DNA of 64,000 bases from Trichoplax sp. H2 (taxonomy: Eukaryota). Of this stretch, positions 39,749 through 54,396 are shown piece after piece (the stretch's first letter is position 1; every line of letters begins with the position of its first letter). The DNA lies in NCBI GenBank assembly GCA_003344405.1, contig NOWV01000018.1, positions 620,001 to 684,000 of the forward strand, in the 5' to 3' direction. The notes beneath the pieces were generated by a model, which worked only from the letters and a program-made list of their open reading frames with translations, searched no databases and had not been told where the DNA came from. A program made the translations under genes and the position numbers.

Positions 39749-41655
39749 ATGGCTGCGAGTGCCATGTTTCAGGCTATTGCAAAGTAAGATCGATGTTGTT
39801 TATCTTATTTTCCGCTCAGATTGATGCATTTCCTTGTGCAAAATACAATTTTAGCGTATATACTTTCATTTTGTAAAAGCGTACATTATACGACTACAAG
39901 AAAATTGAAATGATTAATGGAATGGTTAAACTATCTTCGTATTATAGCATTAAAGGAGCTGTGTCATTAATAAATCAATTGGATACTGAACGATTTCCGC
40001 TCTTGCTAGTTCGCATTTTACAAAAACTCCACGTAAAGGTAGGCTTTACACTGATAATCGAGATTGTTCAATACTGATTATGATGTAACGATGTTTACTC
40101 TGCTCTTGGAACGCATGAACTTCTTAATACAGTTGATGAAGTGTATCCAGCTACTACTGTAGTTAGCAATATTCCTTCAATTTAGGTAAAAGAAAGAAAT
40201 GCAAAACAGTGATTTACTTCTAGGGCCTGTTACGTTTTGTACAGCTTTTCCTATGGAATGTTGATACTGTATTGATTCCTTTTATTAACACCATTGAATC
40301 GGTATCCTGCACTCGTATATTTATTTTCTTGATTAGCAAAGTTTTAATACAGGCACTGTTACCGCGGCATGTTCGTTGTTATTACTGATGTTACAGTATG
40401 ATCAGGCTACGCGTCTTACCGTCAAGAGATGCAAATGATTATCGCTAGATTAACTGCCTACTACGTGTGGTATGGACAGATCATATAAAACGTACTAATA
40501 AGAAGAACTTTTGGTTACTAGGAGGGAAGAATTTTCACAGAAGAGGAAGAGAATAAGCTGCAAACTTCTCTTGGCATAGAAGAAAAGAAAGATCTTCAGC
40601 TCATACTGGATATTCTATCCTTCATATTTGAGCAAGTCAGATATCGTTCAGTTTGATACATTTACAGTATCTGTTAATTAAAATAGTGAAATAACAAGCA
40701 TTGTTCTAATGTGTACAACTTTTATTTTCGTCCATTAGGCAGTTTACCATGTCGCTAAACCTGCAGTCTTAAAGCAACAACTATTGAATATTGACCTAGA
40801 TGAAGTGAAGGTATAAACGCTGCGTGCATACTCTTACGTGTATTATTGATGTCATATCTATAATAATTCTTGGCGAATAGTTTTGGTCAAGCATATGACT
40901 ATCAATTTGATCTGTTTTAACTATTTTAAGATGAGTTGATATTAAGATTCTTTACCTATGCTTTAAATTTCTCACAAATGATAACTATACTCGTATATAG
41001 GTTGACGCTTTTATCGAAGCCTGGTCTACAAATGCGAAAAATGTTATCGACAGAGTTAGACAAAGAAATTTTATAAATAATCAGGTAATATCTCAATGTA
41101 TAGTGTACTTCCTACATTGGATAGCATCAATTACACTGATACTTTTATCGTTACTGACTTCATGGCTACTGTGGTCTTAATTACAGTTAGAAGATATTAA
41201 TTGGCAGCTCAATTTACAGCTGGCACAAAGTGAAAAAACAAAGATGAAAGCTCCAAACGCTATCTTGGAGTTAGGGATTCGATCAGAAGACAAAAACGTT
41301 CGTGCCTTATTATGCCGTTTATAAGATTAGGCTAAGATTTTTAAGCAGCTGACTTGCCAACACAGTACTATGTTTATCTATATTAATGGATCTTTCGTAT
41401 CGTTAATACCATGTTCCGCTTTTCTACTGGGTGCTTCTGATGCAGACTAAGGAAAAAGTTCATGTAGAATTTTCACATGCAGAATTATATGACTTTTATG
41501 ACAAGGTAATTCCTTAATATCAAAGAAGCATTACACAGCGGCATACTCGCTAATAACTATAAGTTTTTAATATGTAAACTTTTTTTCTCTTATATTTTCT
41601 AAAACAAACCTAGCTGGAAATTATCCAATCACAACTGGATTCACTTAACAAATGA
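39749..41655 (+). CDS. COMMD10: COMM domain-containing protein 10; 8 exons
   Basis: [100 protein letters not shown] and [27 protein letters not shown]. Confidence 0.95.
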
Positions 41656-42306
41656 ACTAACTAAAAACTTATACATAGCCTTAAATTGCACTCTACGGAG
41701 GGTTTTAAACAGTTTTGACTTAAATTACTTAGTGATTCTACTTCATGTAAACAAATAACCGAATAAATTGGCCACTCGAAGAAATTTTCACCTACTACTT
41801 CAAATATTCGAAAGTGTTTATTCGTTAATATAAATCTGTTTATGGATTTTATACCTAAGCAAAGTACACTAACTCTTATACAACAAGATTTTTATCTATT
41901 GTCAATTATATCCATTATGTAAAAGTTTCCTAAACCGGTAAACGAAGTAATGAACCTATTACTATTTTTATACGACACTAGCGTTATCATTTGGTAATAC
42001 TGTATGGTATTACAATACCTAATATAGAAGATTGTATAAAGGCAAGTGAGTAATTGTAACTAAAATTCATTAGTAGTATGAGCATACTCTTTCGGTCTAA
42101 ACGGTGCTATCCTTAAGTTTAATGAGAATTGAATACTATGTGATACTCAGGCACTATTATAAACAATATTTGCTATCGCACGCAAATGATAATTTGTATT
42201 TAGTAGCTACTATGAATTGAATAAATTTCCTTTAAAAGATTTGTTGAATAAATAGAAATCTGAAATTATGATAGTTATGCTTTCAGCTCGACGTGAGCTG
42301 TTGATC

Positions 42307-43640
42307 CTATTTTCGTTCTTTGTAGAAAGCTTTTCCCATTCCTCGAAGCTCCTGTTCATATTGAATGTGCTCGTCCTCAAGTAGCTTTTTTAATTGCGCT
42401 CGGCGTACCTTAAATATATAGATGAATTCTATTATAGCACCAAACTTATTTATACTCACTTAAATGTACATATAATAGATATAGTTACAGCAAGTTGTGA
42501 TATCACTTTAACAATATCTACATACGAGTACTATATAATAAATGTATGAAGCTATTACACGTTCGCAATACTGACATAGTTCTGGTGATAGCGAAATTCA
42601 TAAGTTACTGTCTAATGTTAGCGCAGTTTAATTATTGTCTTATGCTTACATATAACAATTCTTTATTAGCCATTTTCATTTCCTGTCGAATTCCTTCATG
42701 CGTATGTTTCAATCTTCTGCGGTCGCTAGCCTGTCATAAAATGATAACTTTAGAAATGCACCTGAAACATTTTTACTGGCTTCTTCGGGAAAATTTCATA
42801 ATCGCATTAAAATCCAATATTTAGTTTCAGCTTGAATTATCAGCGCGAAAAAATGTTATACTTTGGCAAATATGACTAATATAAGTAAATATGAGAATGA
42901 TATATGCACAATAAATTACATTATTTCTGTTGTCTGTTCTGCTTCACATAAGCAGATACAGATTACAAGTATCTAGACGATCCTTTATACAGTACTGTAA
43001 ACACCTTATTAGTTTACCTCTTCGAGCTGTTCTGACCACTTAGCTATCAAATTTCCTTTAGAAGATCTGTGATATGACAATTATACAGTATAAAGATCCA
43101 TCAAATTAAATGAATACTGAAATCAGTGTAGATTAATTACCCAAGAATTTGCAGGCTATTAAGTTTGACAATATCATATTCGTAAAACAACGCAACATAC
43201 TCACAGTTCTACAATCCTTTCATTATTCAAGACCTCTTCTTCTTTCTATATCGATGTATCGTATCATAAAAAATTAAGTGCACATTAGCAAGTTTCTTAA
43301 TAACAATTGAAAAATATAGCGTTTTACTTTTAGACTAGAGTATCATAATCATAAATTTAAAAGAGCTAAACACGAGCTATCTTTTAAAAATGCTAAGTTA
43401 ACTTTCTAATTTGCAGGAATTTTTAACGTTACAAAAACATATACATGCACTATACATGAACAGAAGATATGACCGTTCAAGCAGGGAGTCTACAATAGTT
43501 ATTCGAAATAAGTTATTGTAGTAAACCTGAATTCTTCGTTGTTGATCCCTAACGGCTGCGGTTGTTTTGGTCCCAATACATTCATATCGGAAAGAAGTTG
43601 AGTTGTATAGACGGGATTGATACAGTTCTCTCGCAGTCAT
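42307..43640 (-). CDS. CFAP141: Cilia- and flagella-associated protein 141 (C1orf189 family); 5 exons
   Basis: Spliced product MTARELY...RRIQ|KEEEVLNNERIVEL|SSKGNLIAKWSEQLEE|ASDRRR...IRQEMKMANKELLY|VRRAQLKKLLEDEHIQYEQELRGMGKAFYKERK*. The C-terminus matches C1orf189 (EH.QY.QEL..MGKAFY.ER). Confidence 0.85.
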
Positions 43641-43969
43641 GTCTTTGAAAAATAGTATTTCGAAAATGTGATATGACTATAATTATGATGAAGTATATAT
43701 ATATATAAATTTTAAATAGATCCCTTCGCTCGGAGTTTATATACTAGTTTTAATTCAAATTCTATCGTAGGTGTAGCAGCAAATACAGTAATATGGTCAC
43801 GATATTTGTTAACTGTAATACGCGTATTGTGCAGAGGAGATATTAAATGTTTTCACAGAGCAGTTGTAACACTGATTGGTAGTAATCTAGTCTACAACTA
43901 TAGTAGTGTATGCTGTAAATAATTAATTGATATAGAACGACTTGCCAAAGATTGAAGTTGCTATTTACT

Positions 43970-43983
43970 GTTACCAAGGTAAC
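43970..43983. promoter_or_regulatory. RFX X-box (GTTACCAAGGTAAC)
   Basis: Full match to GTNRCC-N2-RGYAAC with perfectly palindromic 6-bp arms, 330 bp upstream of the CFAP141 ATG. Confidence 0.7.
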
Positions 43984-45226
43984 GCAATGCATAGCCCCGA
44001 GCCCCGACTCTCTCAATACAGTCAGTATGAGATATGATAATATACTGTATACTAAACTAAAAGGTCTCTTTCTATAGTTTTAGTGGTCTATGCACCTACA
44101 ATAAGGCAATAGCAAAGTACGATATACAGTAATTAGTACCATTCGCTTCTATTTGCAGGTCATCAACAAAGCAGAAATTTCCCCCTGCGTATTAATTAAT
44201 AGTCATACTGTACAGCTAGTTTTATTCTGAGCTAGTTAAATTGGCGATATCGGACGGACGGTCAATAGACACCGAGCCTTAATTTCCGTTACTCATATAC
44301 TTTTTAATGTTAGAAATTTTCATTCACGAAACGTTCATAACTATTCATTCATATTACTGTATATGTCTGAACTGGAAGTCTCAGGGTGCACTGTACACCC
44401 AAAACTATACATAACTCGTCTAAGGTTTTATTTTCATTAATGTCCTGTTCAATTTCAAAGCATTTCTTGTTACATGGAGCTGCTCTATATTATCAAATAC
44501 TATTGTACTGAGATGATGATAGATAGCTAGTTTAACGATTTTCTTAAACTAATATTGATGTATGGGTGATATTGGATATTCGTAAGATGAAGCTAATATG
44601 GATGAAAATCTTAATATATCTAAACAGACATAAAGCTAATTTAGCTGATACATTGTAGGCTTCCTCATAACGTAATTTATTTACAATAAAATATTTACAT
44701 GCACCTAGCTGTGCAACGTGCATGTAATGAGTACAGCAGAAAGAACTCTGCACCTATATAAAAAACTGAAATATATATATATATAACATATACAAGGTAT
44801 ATTTATAATACACAGAAAATATTGTTAAATAGGGATATCTAGGTAGTAATATATAAGCCATCATGTGTATACGTATAGCGCATACATATGAGCATATCAG
44901 AATATACATACAGTACAGTATGCAGCATACGTATAGAAATATATTTAATATGACTTATATAAGCTACAGCTTCGAGACCCCATACGCGTACACAGTCTCT
45001 CAGTTACGAGAATAAGATCAATTTAAGAATTTGCAAATTTAAATGTAACATCAATTATTTAAAATGACCACAATTGCTTTAGTTACAGTAATGACGATAT
45101 ATGGATACTACACGGCAATGAACTATGCTCCGGTGACACTAACTACGAACATTCCATTGACAGAGTACTCCATATCGGGAACCATACTGAATTCGTCCCT
45201 TTCTAATTTTACCGTCCATCTTGTAG

Positions 45227-45789
45227 TTATTTTATTCTGGACGCCAGTTCTTTTAGATTTCTTTCGTTCTCTTCTATCATGGATACGTTCTTACTACTTT
45301 CATCCAGTAACGAATTAATCTGTGATCTTAATTTCACTGTTTGTTCAGCTTTGTTATATAATGATAGTATATCGGCATCCGATAAATCATTCCGTTGCTT
45401 TTCAGTAAGATCGATTGTCAATGGATCAAAATTAGTTGTATCTATTATAAAAGTAAATATTAATTGATAATCAGTCCTATTCGAGATTTAAGGCTAAAGT
45501 CCCTCCGTACTCTGCAGTATTTTAGATCTTAAAGTGCGCTCGATAGAAACAATCAATTATCATTCATTGACTAATTGAAAGATTTAGGTCATACTGTATA
45601 CCAAATGCAAACTTTGAATGAAAAAGCTTACTAACCCTGCCAATTGGAAGGTAACGAGACTAAAACAGCGTCATTCGCCAGTATATTGGTTAAATCTTCT
45701 TGCATTTGCATTACCGTAGGTCTTTGAGGTGGAGAAGGCAGCTCATCAACATCAATTAATGGCTTTAACTTTTTCGATCGAGCAGCCAT
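45227..45789 (-). CDS. C19orf25: UPF0449 protein (C19orf25 homologue); 2 exons
   Basis: MAARSKKLKPLIDVDELPSPPQRPTVMQMQEDLTNILANDAVL matches the LP..P..PTV.Q..ED....DPVF pattern. Exon 2 encodes the coiled coil LYNKAEQTVKLRSQINSLL...ERNLKELASRIK*. The phase-1 intron is consistent. Confidence 0.8.
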
Positions 45790-45839
45790 GATTTAGAGCA
45801 GTCACGACAACCATTTATACAGGATCGAACAGGAACAAG

Positions 45840-46105
45840 GCTTGTACTGTACACTGTACTCTACTGTACTGTATGTACAGTACAGTATCATGCAGACTTG
45901 TGATCAAAGTACCTCACAGTAAAGAGAGAGCGTTTCTCATTGTGAATCCTATATTACAATGGGCTGCATGAGTATGCCCATGGAACAGTAGGGAATTACT
46001 GTACACTGTACAGTATGCAGTATCCGAAGAAAAGTTTCTACCGTAGTAACTCTACAGTAGTAAGTAGCAGAGACTGTACACTGTACACTGTGTACAGTAC
46101 TGTAA
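45840..46105. repeat. CAGTA/TACTG-rich cluster between divergent C19orf25 and KIAA0825
   Basis: tgtactgtacactgtact...tacagtacagta (45843-45888), actgtacactgtacagta (near 45998) and actgtacactgtacactgtgtacagtactgta (near 46073). Confidence 0.75.
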
Positions 46106-46419
46106 GGAAGGGCTGGCAAAGTTTACGTTTGCCCCTGGTGGCTCATTATTCTGGTTGTTAGGTTATGTGCTACTGTACTGACCCGGTAATCATCAGCCCT
46201 GGTATAGGTCACTGTATTGGAAGATAATAATGTCATGGAAACAAGACCCTCTGATGGTCATTTATCTCAGATTATACCTAAGCATTGCTTGGAAAAAGAA
46301 ATTTCATGACTGCAAGCGCACTAATTGAGACATTTTACGTGGTATTAACTATATAAAATACTGAGAAGAGATTGAAGCTATTATTTGAATATCATAGTCT
46401 TAGTAGTCGAGAGAGAGAG

Positions 46420-49400
46420 ATGTCGCTTAAGAGAAAACAAGCTAGGACGGAATTGGCTAAATATGATATCAATCATGTTTATACACCATCTGAAGTAACT
46501 AATTTACCATCCATTGAACAGTTGGATAAATTAATATCCAGCTTGGATAAAGCTATCGATAACTGCTCTTCTGGGTAAGATTACATAGATAAGAGTAAAT
46601 TGCAATAGCTGCACTCTGTAGATGTGTCCAAATGAAGATTGAAGATTTATTATTATTTATATTGCAATGTCATCACCATCTGTGCTACTTTGTATTTACA
46701 ATCTTGGACAATCTTGGTTTTGCTTCTCTGTTGCCTTGAGGAAGGAACAAGCAAGAACGAGTGCATTTATTACGGATGTAGAAGGACTAGTCAACTGAAA
46801 TAGAGTACATTCGTTGTCTAGCTTTAGATATCAATTTGATTGCGATTCCTACTTGAAGGGAATTTAGTGCTGTGCCTAGATGATTGAACAAGTGTATAGC
46901 ATTTCAGCTTCGAACTATCTGTAGATTCTCTTGTATAAGTATTACGTTCATGAAATATCTAGCTTTTAAATGGAATAACCATTGCAGTTAGAAACTTTCG
47001 ATTGTATATCTTAGTTAATTCACAGATAACTTGAAAAATTCTTCAATAGCTGCTAATCCACTAACTAGTGTCCTTCTCAAACAGTGCTAATAAACAAGTT
47101 CTAGCATAGTAGTCGAGTATTCTGTACTATCAAAATTGATCCAGCATAATGTTAAATGCATGGCTTAGCTAATATTCAATTGATTTAAAACTTGAATAGC
47201 CTTCCATCTTATAGCTACGTATCATTAATGTTCAATTAACAATAAACCTAGACATTTAGTGAAGTTATCGCTGGTATTTCTCTGATCAATTTTATTTTTA
47301 GTAAATTTGGTCACATTTTGTAAGCTGAACTATGACTAATTTAAGGGGCATGAAAGACTTTGATGACCCCTAATCTGATAGCTGATAGTCCTTATTATAC
47401 TCTAGCAACATATTCTAGCATAATCTATAGATAGACAAAAAGATAAAAATAATAACTGTAGCATTACATTATATGATAAAGTTCTACGAATATGTTAGAA
47501 CCTAATATCGATCTAAAAAATCTCTGACTGCCTGTAGACCATTATCATGCGAATAATACGTCTCACTTTGTATTGTATCAAAGAGATCTATAACAGATAC
47601 AGTAATAGTGATTTAGCATTAGGATGTCATATTGTAATTTTGTAAGTGATCGTCTATATACCGTTCTTGTATGCTATTACAACATGAATTAGATGAAGGC
47701 AACTATTATATACGCGTAGTACCTAATGAAGGAAACGTATAGCGAAAACAGTGATCAATACAGTATTTCCCAATTTCAGCTGTTTAATTGAGATTCTAAG
47801 ATTCACATTACTATGCACTGCTATTATTTTCATAAGGTTTCAAAAATTCTTTTTGACTTACTTTAACAGATTAGAGGAACATCGGAAAGCGTTTATGAGT
47901 TATAGTACTGCAATCCAAGATCATGGCAGAAAAATCAAGACCATCCGTGATGTTACTGAATTTGTTCGACATTCCAATTTTATCGAAAATAATACGTGTA
48001 ATGTCGATCCTCAATTAACAGTTACATTCTTAAAAAAATTGGTTAGTATGCAATTCTAATAACTTTCCTGCATGACATCATATAAATTGTATCTACTAAA
48101 TTACCACTGTAGTGTTCCTTAGTTAATTTCAAACTGTTACCTTTCGTCTATTATTATAATCGCGTAAATACTTATTACTACCGACTATTATTGATGTAAT
48201 GATAATTTTTTGATTGGCTAATGCTCCGTAATATAGAACTTAACTGATAATACTAGAGGATGAAGGTAAACTATTCAATATCATCGATTTTTGACCAGTA
48301 GCCAGAAATATTTCTATTAGTGTCAACACAATTCAAAGATCGTTGAAATTGAGGATAGGTGTTAGTTTTTAGCGAAATATCTGGATTAGTGCGTTAAACT
48401 CGCTATCGTGCAAATTGTGAATATAATATATGATTGTACTGTAAATCCTGTAGTTGTCACTCCAATGACTCTATCTCCAAAATACCTACACGTGCGCAAT
48501 TTCTTTAATAGCAATTCACGTCTTTACTGTGTTGATAAAAGTGTTATCTCACTTCTTATCTATAGTATAATACCTTGTTTATACTCATCGTAGTCTTAGA
48601 CAGCAACGGGATTGTTTCGTTACTTATAATTACTTTAAGTACGACGCTTACTTGTATAGTGTAAAAAAATCGATGATATAAAACAAGAGTACCAGATAAT
48701 TGATTAAAATTTTGCGCTATATTTATAGCAGGTACTGTAGAATCAACGTTATTATTACTGGAAATTAATAATTCTAACCATTTTCTCAATCATTAGAGAA
48801 AATTGTTACGTGAAAATCGTGGCAATGAAGATGTTGTTCTCAATGATCTTCTAGAATTAGCTGCTGATCATGGTTTATCTATCCCTTCTATCTTGACGGA
48901 TGAAAATGTCGCTAATGCGGACACACAATCGCTAAATTCATTAAACACGATTCAGAGTGAAATGGAAAGTGAACAAGGTGTGGTTTGGGAAAGTATCAAG
49001 CAGCACTTAAAATTATGTTTATTTGAGAAGTTACGCCAGTTACCAATTGTCAATGTAAATGAAAATATGCCGAATATGTCATTTATCAGTCAGCGAAGAC
49101 AACATTATCTAGGTAGTCTACTAATGTTATTAGATAAAGGTGAAGTATTAGAGCAATATCAGCGTATAAGATGGTGGCAAATGAAACACGTCATTGATAG
49201 TATTAACACCAATCCATCAGTATTACCTATTAGTGAAGCACAAAGCGGACAACAAACACAAATAGCAAAATTAAAATTCTATTTCGATCATGTAACCAAT
49301 TGTACACATGAAGATGCTGCGGTATTAATGCCGCTCTTAAATCAACACGAAGACTTAATCGATTGGTATATTAGAACAACGTATGTGGAAAAATCATTAA

Positions 49401-52400
49401 ATGATGTCCACGATTGGTTGCAGCATTCCTTAAATGGCTATCTTAATAGTACTGAACAAACAGCTATGGATTTTGACGATTTAGAATTGATATGTGACAT
49501 ATATGCGATTGTATCTCAATCTGTTAAGACTATCACCGATATGTTAGAACTATGTGCAGCTGCTGATAAGCAAAGCCATCAAAAGTTATTACTGAGTGCA
49601 GGATCTGCCTCGAAATTAGAATCGCCAACAACTATATTAAGTAGAGTATTTAAACCGTATGTGCAGTTAATGGCTCAAGCTTTAATCCACTACTCGAATA
49701 TAACTATTGAACAAGCCACTCAGGCTGAAAGCCATTTAACATGGGATAATATGACTGTTACTGTCAATGCTACATGTAAGACTTGATTTAAATTCAACTG
49801 ATCCACTTGATCGTCACGTTCACTTACTTGAGCTGAATTTAAATTTTTTTATTTCAAAATCTTACGAAATAGACAATCTAGATTCTCATCATCAACCTAA
49901 GGTTATCTTTAAGGTTAGTCGTTAATTATATCAATAATTCTAACCGCCTTTATTGCTAATCACCTATAAATTATATAGATCCATTCATTTGATACATATG
50001 ATACCAAAAGTAAATGTTCCTATTGTGTTTGAATAGTTATAGCATTCCGTAAGTACTACACATACTAATTCGATCAATACCTTATACATAGGGCTGCGCT
50101 TCATTGTTTAAAATTTGGGATAAATTTTTACCGATATTAACTAACGATTATGGAAAAATATATACTTCTCTTAAAGTTGTTATTGTGGATGTGGTAGGCG
50201 ATAAACTCTCAAAATATTACGATCATCTTTGGGATGTAAGCTACAATATGTTGTAATTCAAATTTTGAAAGTAGTCTACTAAGAATCGCTTCACTTTTAT
50301 TATGTAGATTTGCCAAAAAGCTATTGCTGATATGTCTCCTAGTCCTGCATATTTAGCAATCGCCACTGCTGCTTTTATCAAAAATCGATTATTAACGTTT
50401 GATCAAATCCTAAGCACGGATACTAGGTAAAATTTGCGACATCTTATGAGATGAATAGAAATAATATTTTACATACTTCGCTTTGGTAATAAACACGTAT
50501 CATTTGATCATTTTTTAATGTACAATGTAGGTTATCGTTCTTTACATCTTATGAGCATTATGCCGATTTAGTAGAATCACTATGCGAGCTAATCGTGGAA
50601 CATCATAATACGACTATCTCAACAACAGTCCTTCAAGATTCAGATAGTAACAATTATTCTAATCCAAGAACATTTTATGAGGTAATGCTTCGTATTCTAA
50701 AATTGCCAGTCACAGTCTACATACTCCTGATATCGCCTACTGTGATTTCAATATTGCTTTAACGACTGCTTGAGGATGCTTTTGATACTTTTTTACAGGG
50801 CAAAAGATGTTCTTTCTCAATTCAAATGTGGAACTACTACTTGCATAGTATTAGACATGATCTGTGGCAATATTGTCCTTTAAAACAAGCACAAAGAATT
50901 TTTATATCTGTGTTGGAAAATTCATTATTGACACTTTCTTTCCGTTATGGTCAAATTAAGCCGTCATTAAGGCGCTTATGCCAATTCAGGTAAGAAATTC
51001 TAGTATTTACAGTCAAAATGCCTTGCATACCAAACTCTGTCTTGTCTATTACACTAGAAATCAACATTTGAAAATATTACTAAATTTATGTAACATTGCT
51101 TCTACTTTTGTATAATTATAGAGCCGATATTAACGCAATTATATTAATTTCCTTATCTTTCATTTGGTTTACTGGACAAACTGTGAATTCATTAGTAAAT
51201 CCAGATTTTCATGCACTATCTACAGCTGATTTCAATCCACAATCGGAAATTCCAAAAATATATAACTATTGCAACTTATTGCTAATGATTGTTGTGGCTG
51301 AATCTTGTCCAATTGACGTTTACCCAAAGGCAATATCACGATTCCAGGATGGCTCTAAAATCTCTGGTTCTAATAACATTTGTGGAACATTTTGGCTAAG
51401 CAATTACTTACCAGATATGTTCAGCTCGATTGAATTGAGGTAATTTTAGGATTAAAGATACTTGCTACAATTTATTAACACCTAAAGTCTGACTTTATTC
51501 GGTCATGATTTTGAAAGCAAGTTTATTGTCTAAAATTTGTAATTTCATCTCTTCTTATGCAGTGATATACCACCACAAGTATCATTGAAGATTGCAATCA
51601 AGTTATTGCGCCATCAAACTGGTATTGACCTGAAACTAATATTACAGGTGAGAATCTCATCCAGCTTCATAAAATACTTGATATTATTGATTAGTTGTCA
51701 CGATAGACTTGTTGAAGAAGAATTTTTTTCTGCCAAAATAATGCATTAGGACCCTGTAAAAATTTTTATCTACCAAATAAAATAATAAAAATAAATCGTC
51801 GCTATTTAATTATCCTGACAGATTTTACTATCAAATAAATTTTCCGCTTTGAAGCTAATTATAACTGAAACAGGTAGGCCATTATTAAGATCTTACTGGC
51901 AGTAATCATCGATACATTATTTTACTTTACACATTAATTTTCAATCCAAAAGATGTTACTATTTTAATCAATTAATTTCCATACATATCTAAATCTAGAT
52001 ACCGCTGAACTATATAAATCTGCGATAGAATTCACACCTCACCATGATGATGCGGACGATGCAATGTCGGAAAGCAGTGATATGTCCGTTGAACCTTCAA
52101 ATGATTTACAAGATTCCTTTATTGATTGTTTACTATCTGTGCTAATTATATTGGACAGTCATTGTCGTAGCCGGGCAGTTCATGAAGTATTGACTCGCAT
52201 TGTTGAAAAGTAAGCACGATTTGATTATACCCATAAGATATTTTACCTCTTCTTATCGCAATATGGGTATTTCCCTTACTCATTGATTATCGATTATACA
52301 GGGAAAATGATAAATTACCATTATTCTTTGAAAGAAACGTTGACGATATTTCGGTAATAACTTATAATCTAGATGTTGATATTGTTTATGTGATCATGAC

Positions 52401-54396
52401 ATGCAATTAAGTTATTTGATCGTAGACTAATTTGCTTGAATACCCATATCCTGTGACTTCTAACTTCAGCTTTTAATAACATATGCAGGGAATACACTGG
52501 CTGCGAAGCGTTAACGATTTTCTTAGCCAATGGTTGTTTAAGTTAGTAAACTATGTATAAGATTATACTATAACATAATCGTTAGGAATAACATCAATTT
52601 TAAGGATATGTCAGAACTGACTTATGATAGTATTAGTATTAAATTTCTACTTGTAACTGACTTACCTCTTCTTACACCTAGCACGTTTATGCCTGCTATC
52701 TCCAAGTTGCATGACCTACATTCTGAAAGCGATGTAGGCACGTTATCGTCTACCTTACAAACATTACCTTGTGGCTGTCCCATCCAGAAAAGAAAGGCTG
52801 ATTTCGGTAAAAATTTAACTGAATTATTTTATCATTTCAGAACGATTATTTACAATTTTGTTAGTACAGTACGTACTGCATATCACAATACGTATTAACA
52901 AATTTTTTCGGGTATCAGATTTGGTCCTCTTGGAATCGCTTCATATAGCACTAAGAAGTTTAGCAGATAACCTATCCAGTATGCCAGTTAATATTCTTGA
53001 ATTTCAAGCATTCCTGAAAGGTACTGCGATTCTGTTTACAACAGTTGTACGGCATCTTCTATCATCAGTTGCCGACATTTTGTATTAAGAATTTCATTTG
53101 CTTTACTGAATAAACTATGTTTTGACTAGGTTACTATCAACAGTTTCAAAATGATCAGCAATTAGTGGAAAATGATAAACTTGGATTAAAGGTAGGTTTA
53201 AACTGAACATGTACACTATAATAAAACGTAAATATTATTAAACCATTTTATACCTATTGATTACTATGAAACTAGAAATAGCTTCTTCATACTTATTACG
53301 CTTTCGTATTCCTTATAGGTTATTAGATACTGCATTCACAATTTCTTAATGCAATTTGCGGTGGATAACCCTAAGTTTGATGATACTAAATGTCAACTGT
53401 TTGCAAGCTGCTTCTTGCATATCCTCAATTTCAATAACCAAGATATGGTAAATCGCACCCTAGCTGTTGAGTTCCCGTACATCGATCTTAACCTACAAAC
53501 GTTAGAAGAAGATATAATCAGAATTAAGAACTTCTTCGATGGGTATGTAATTAAATAATCAACTTTGCAATAGTAACTGTTGCTTGATAGCTGACCACAG
53601 CCCACGTATGTGTTATTGTTAACTAGTTTTGCGGAATGTAATAAATTTAAATGCTACATAATGTAAAACTATCCTTGTATTATTGAATTATATATGTATC
53701 TTTTGATTACTTGCATACATTATTTAGCAAAGTTAAATCGGAAAAAGTCTATGACATCGGTAATAACTTTCAAGATGATTTATTCCTTGCATCCATCATT
53801 GAATCGATAGATTTCGATGTCACAGGTTAAAAAGAATGATTAAACTTTTAACGTATTGACAATGTAGTTTAAGGAATTTTTATTATTCTTAAATATGCTA
53901 CATAATTTCTTCTATTTAGTGGTCACTCAAATACGAACTGTTCATGAGTTCTTAATATCCAAACTGGTAACCAGCGTCTCTAATTAATTTTTGCTAATTA
54001 TTATGCATTTGTTCTGTAATCATTTTAAGTATAATTTGGTATTTTTATTAGGAAATGCTAGAGAATAAATTGCAAATGAAATCGGAGGACAGTAATTCCG
54101 AGTTTTACGAACATCTATCGGAACGCTTTAACCCATTCTTTTATTATGATCATATTAAAGATTGGGGTAAATTCAATTACAACAAACTTACTAATTACAA
54201 GCACGATTGGGAAACTTTATTACAGTACGTATTCCATCTTCCCCATAACACAATCAAAAAATTGCTGTCTGCACGACCAGAATTAGAAGAAGATAGCCTG
54301 GATGACGATGGGAAAATGGCTTGCAAAACTATTAGAGAATTTTTAACTACCTTAAGCCAAGATAGTGACCGTAGTAAACACAACAAGAAGAAATGA
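46420..54396 (+). CDS. KIAA0825: KIAA0825 homologue (DUF4495); about 20 exons; start tentative
   Basis: Conserved core VLQDSDSNNYSNPRTFYE|GKRCSFSIQMWNYYLHSIRHDLWQYCPLKQAQRIFISVLENSL...RY...KPS.RRL.QFR|ADINAIIL. N-terminal WESIKQHLKLCLFEKLRQLP...RRQHYLGSLLML. C-terminal FNPFFYY...WETLL...KKLLSARPEL. Stop TGA at 54394-54396. Confidence 0.88.

Noticed and set aside
43205-43530. Possible U12 AT-AC intron in CFAP141
   Set aside because: A normal phase-0 GT-AG intron (CAG|gtttac ... tag|AAAGAAGAAGAG) restores the frame.
45064-45318. 84-aa hydrophobic plus-strand ORF resembling a membrane protein
   Set aside because: It overlaps C19orf25 exon 2 and its 3' UTR in antisense. Hydrophobicity is expected from T-rich antisense sequence.
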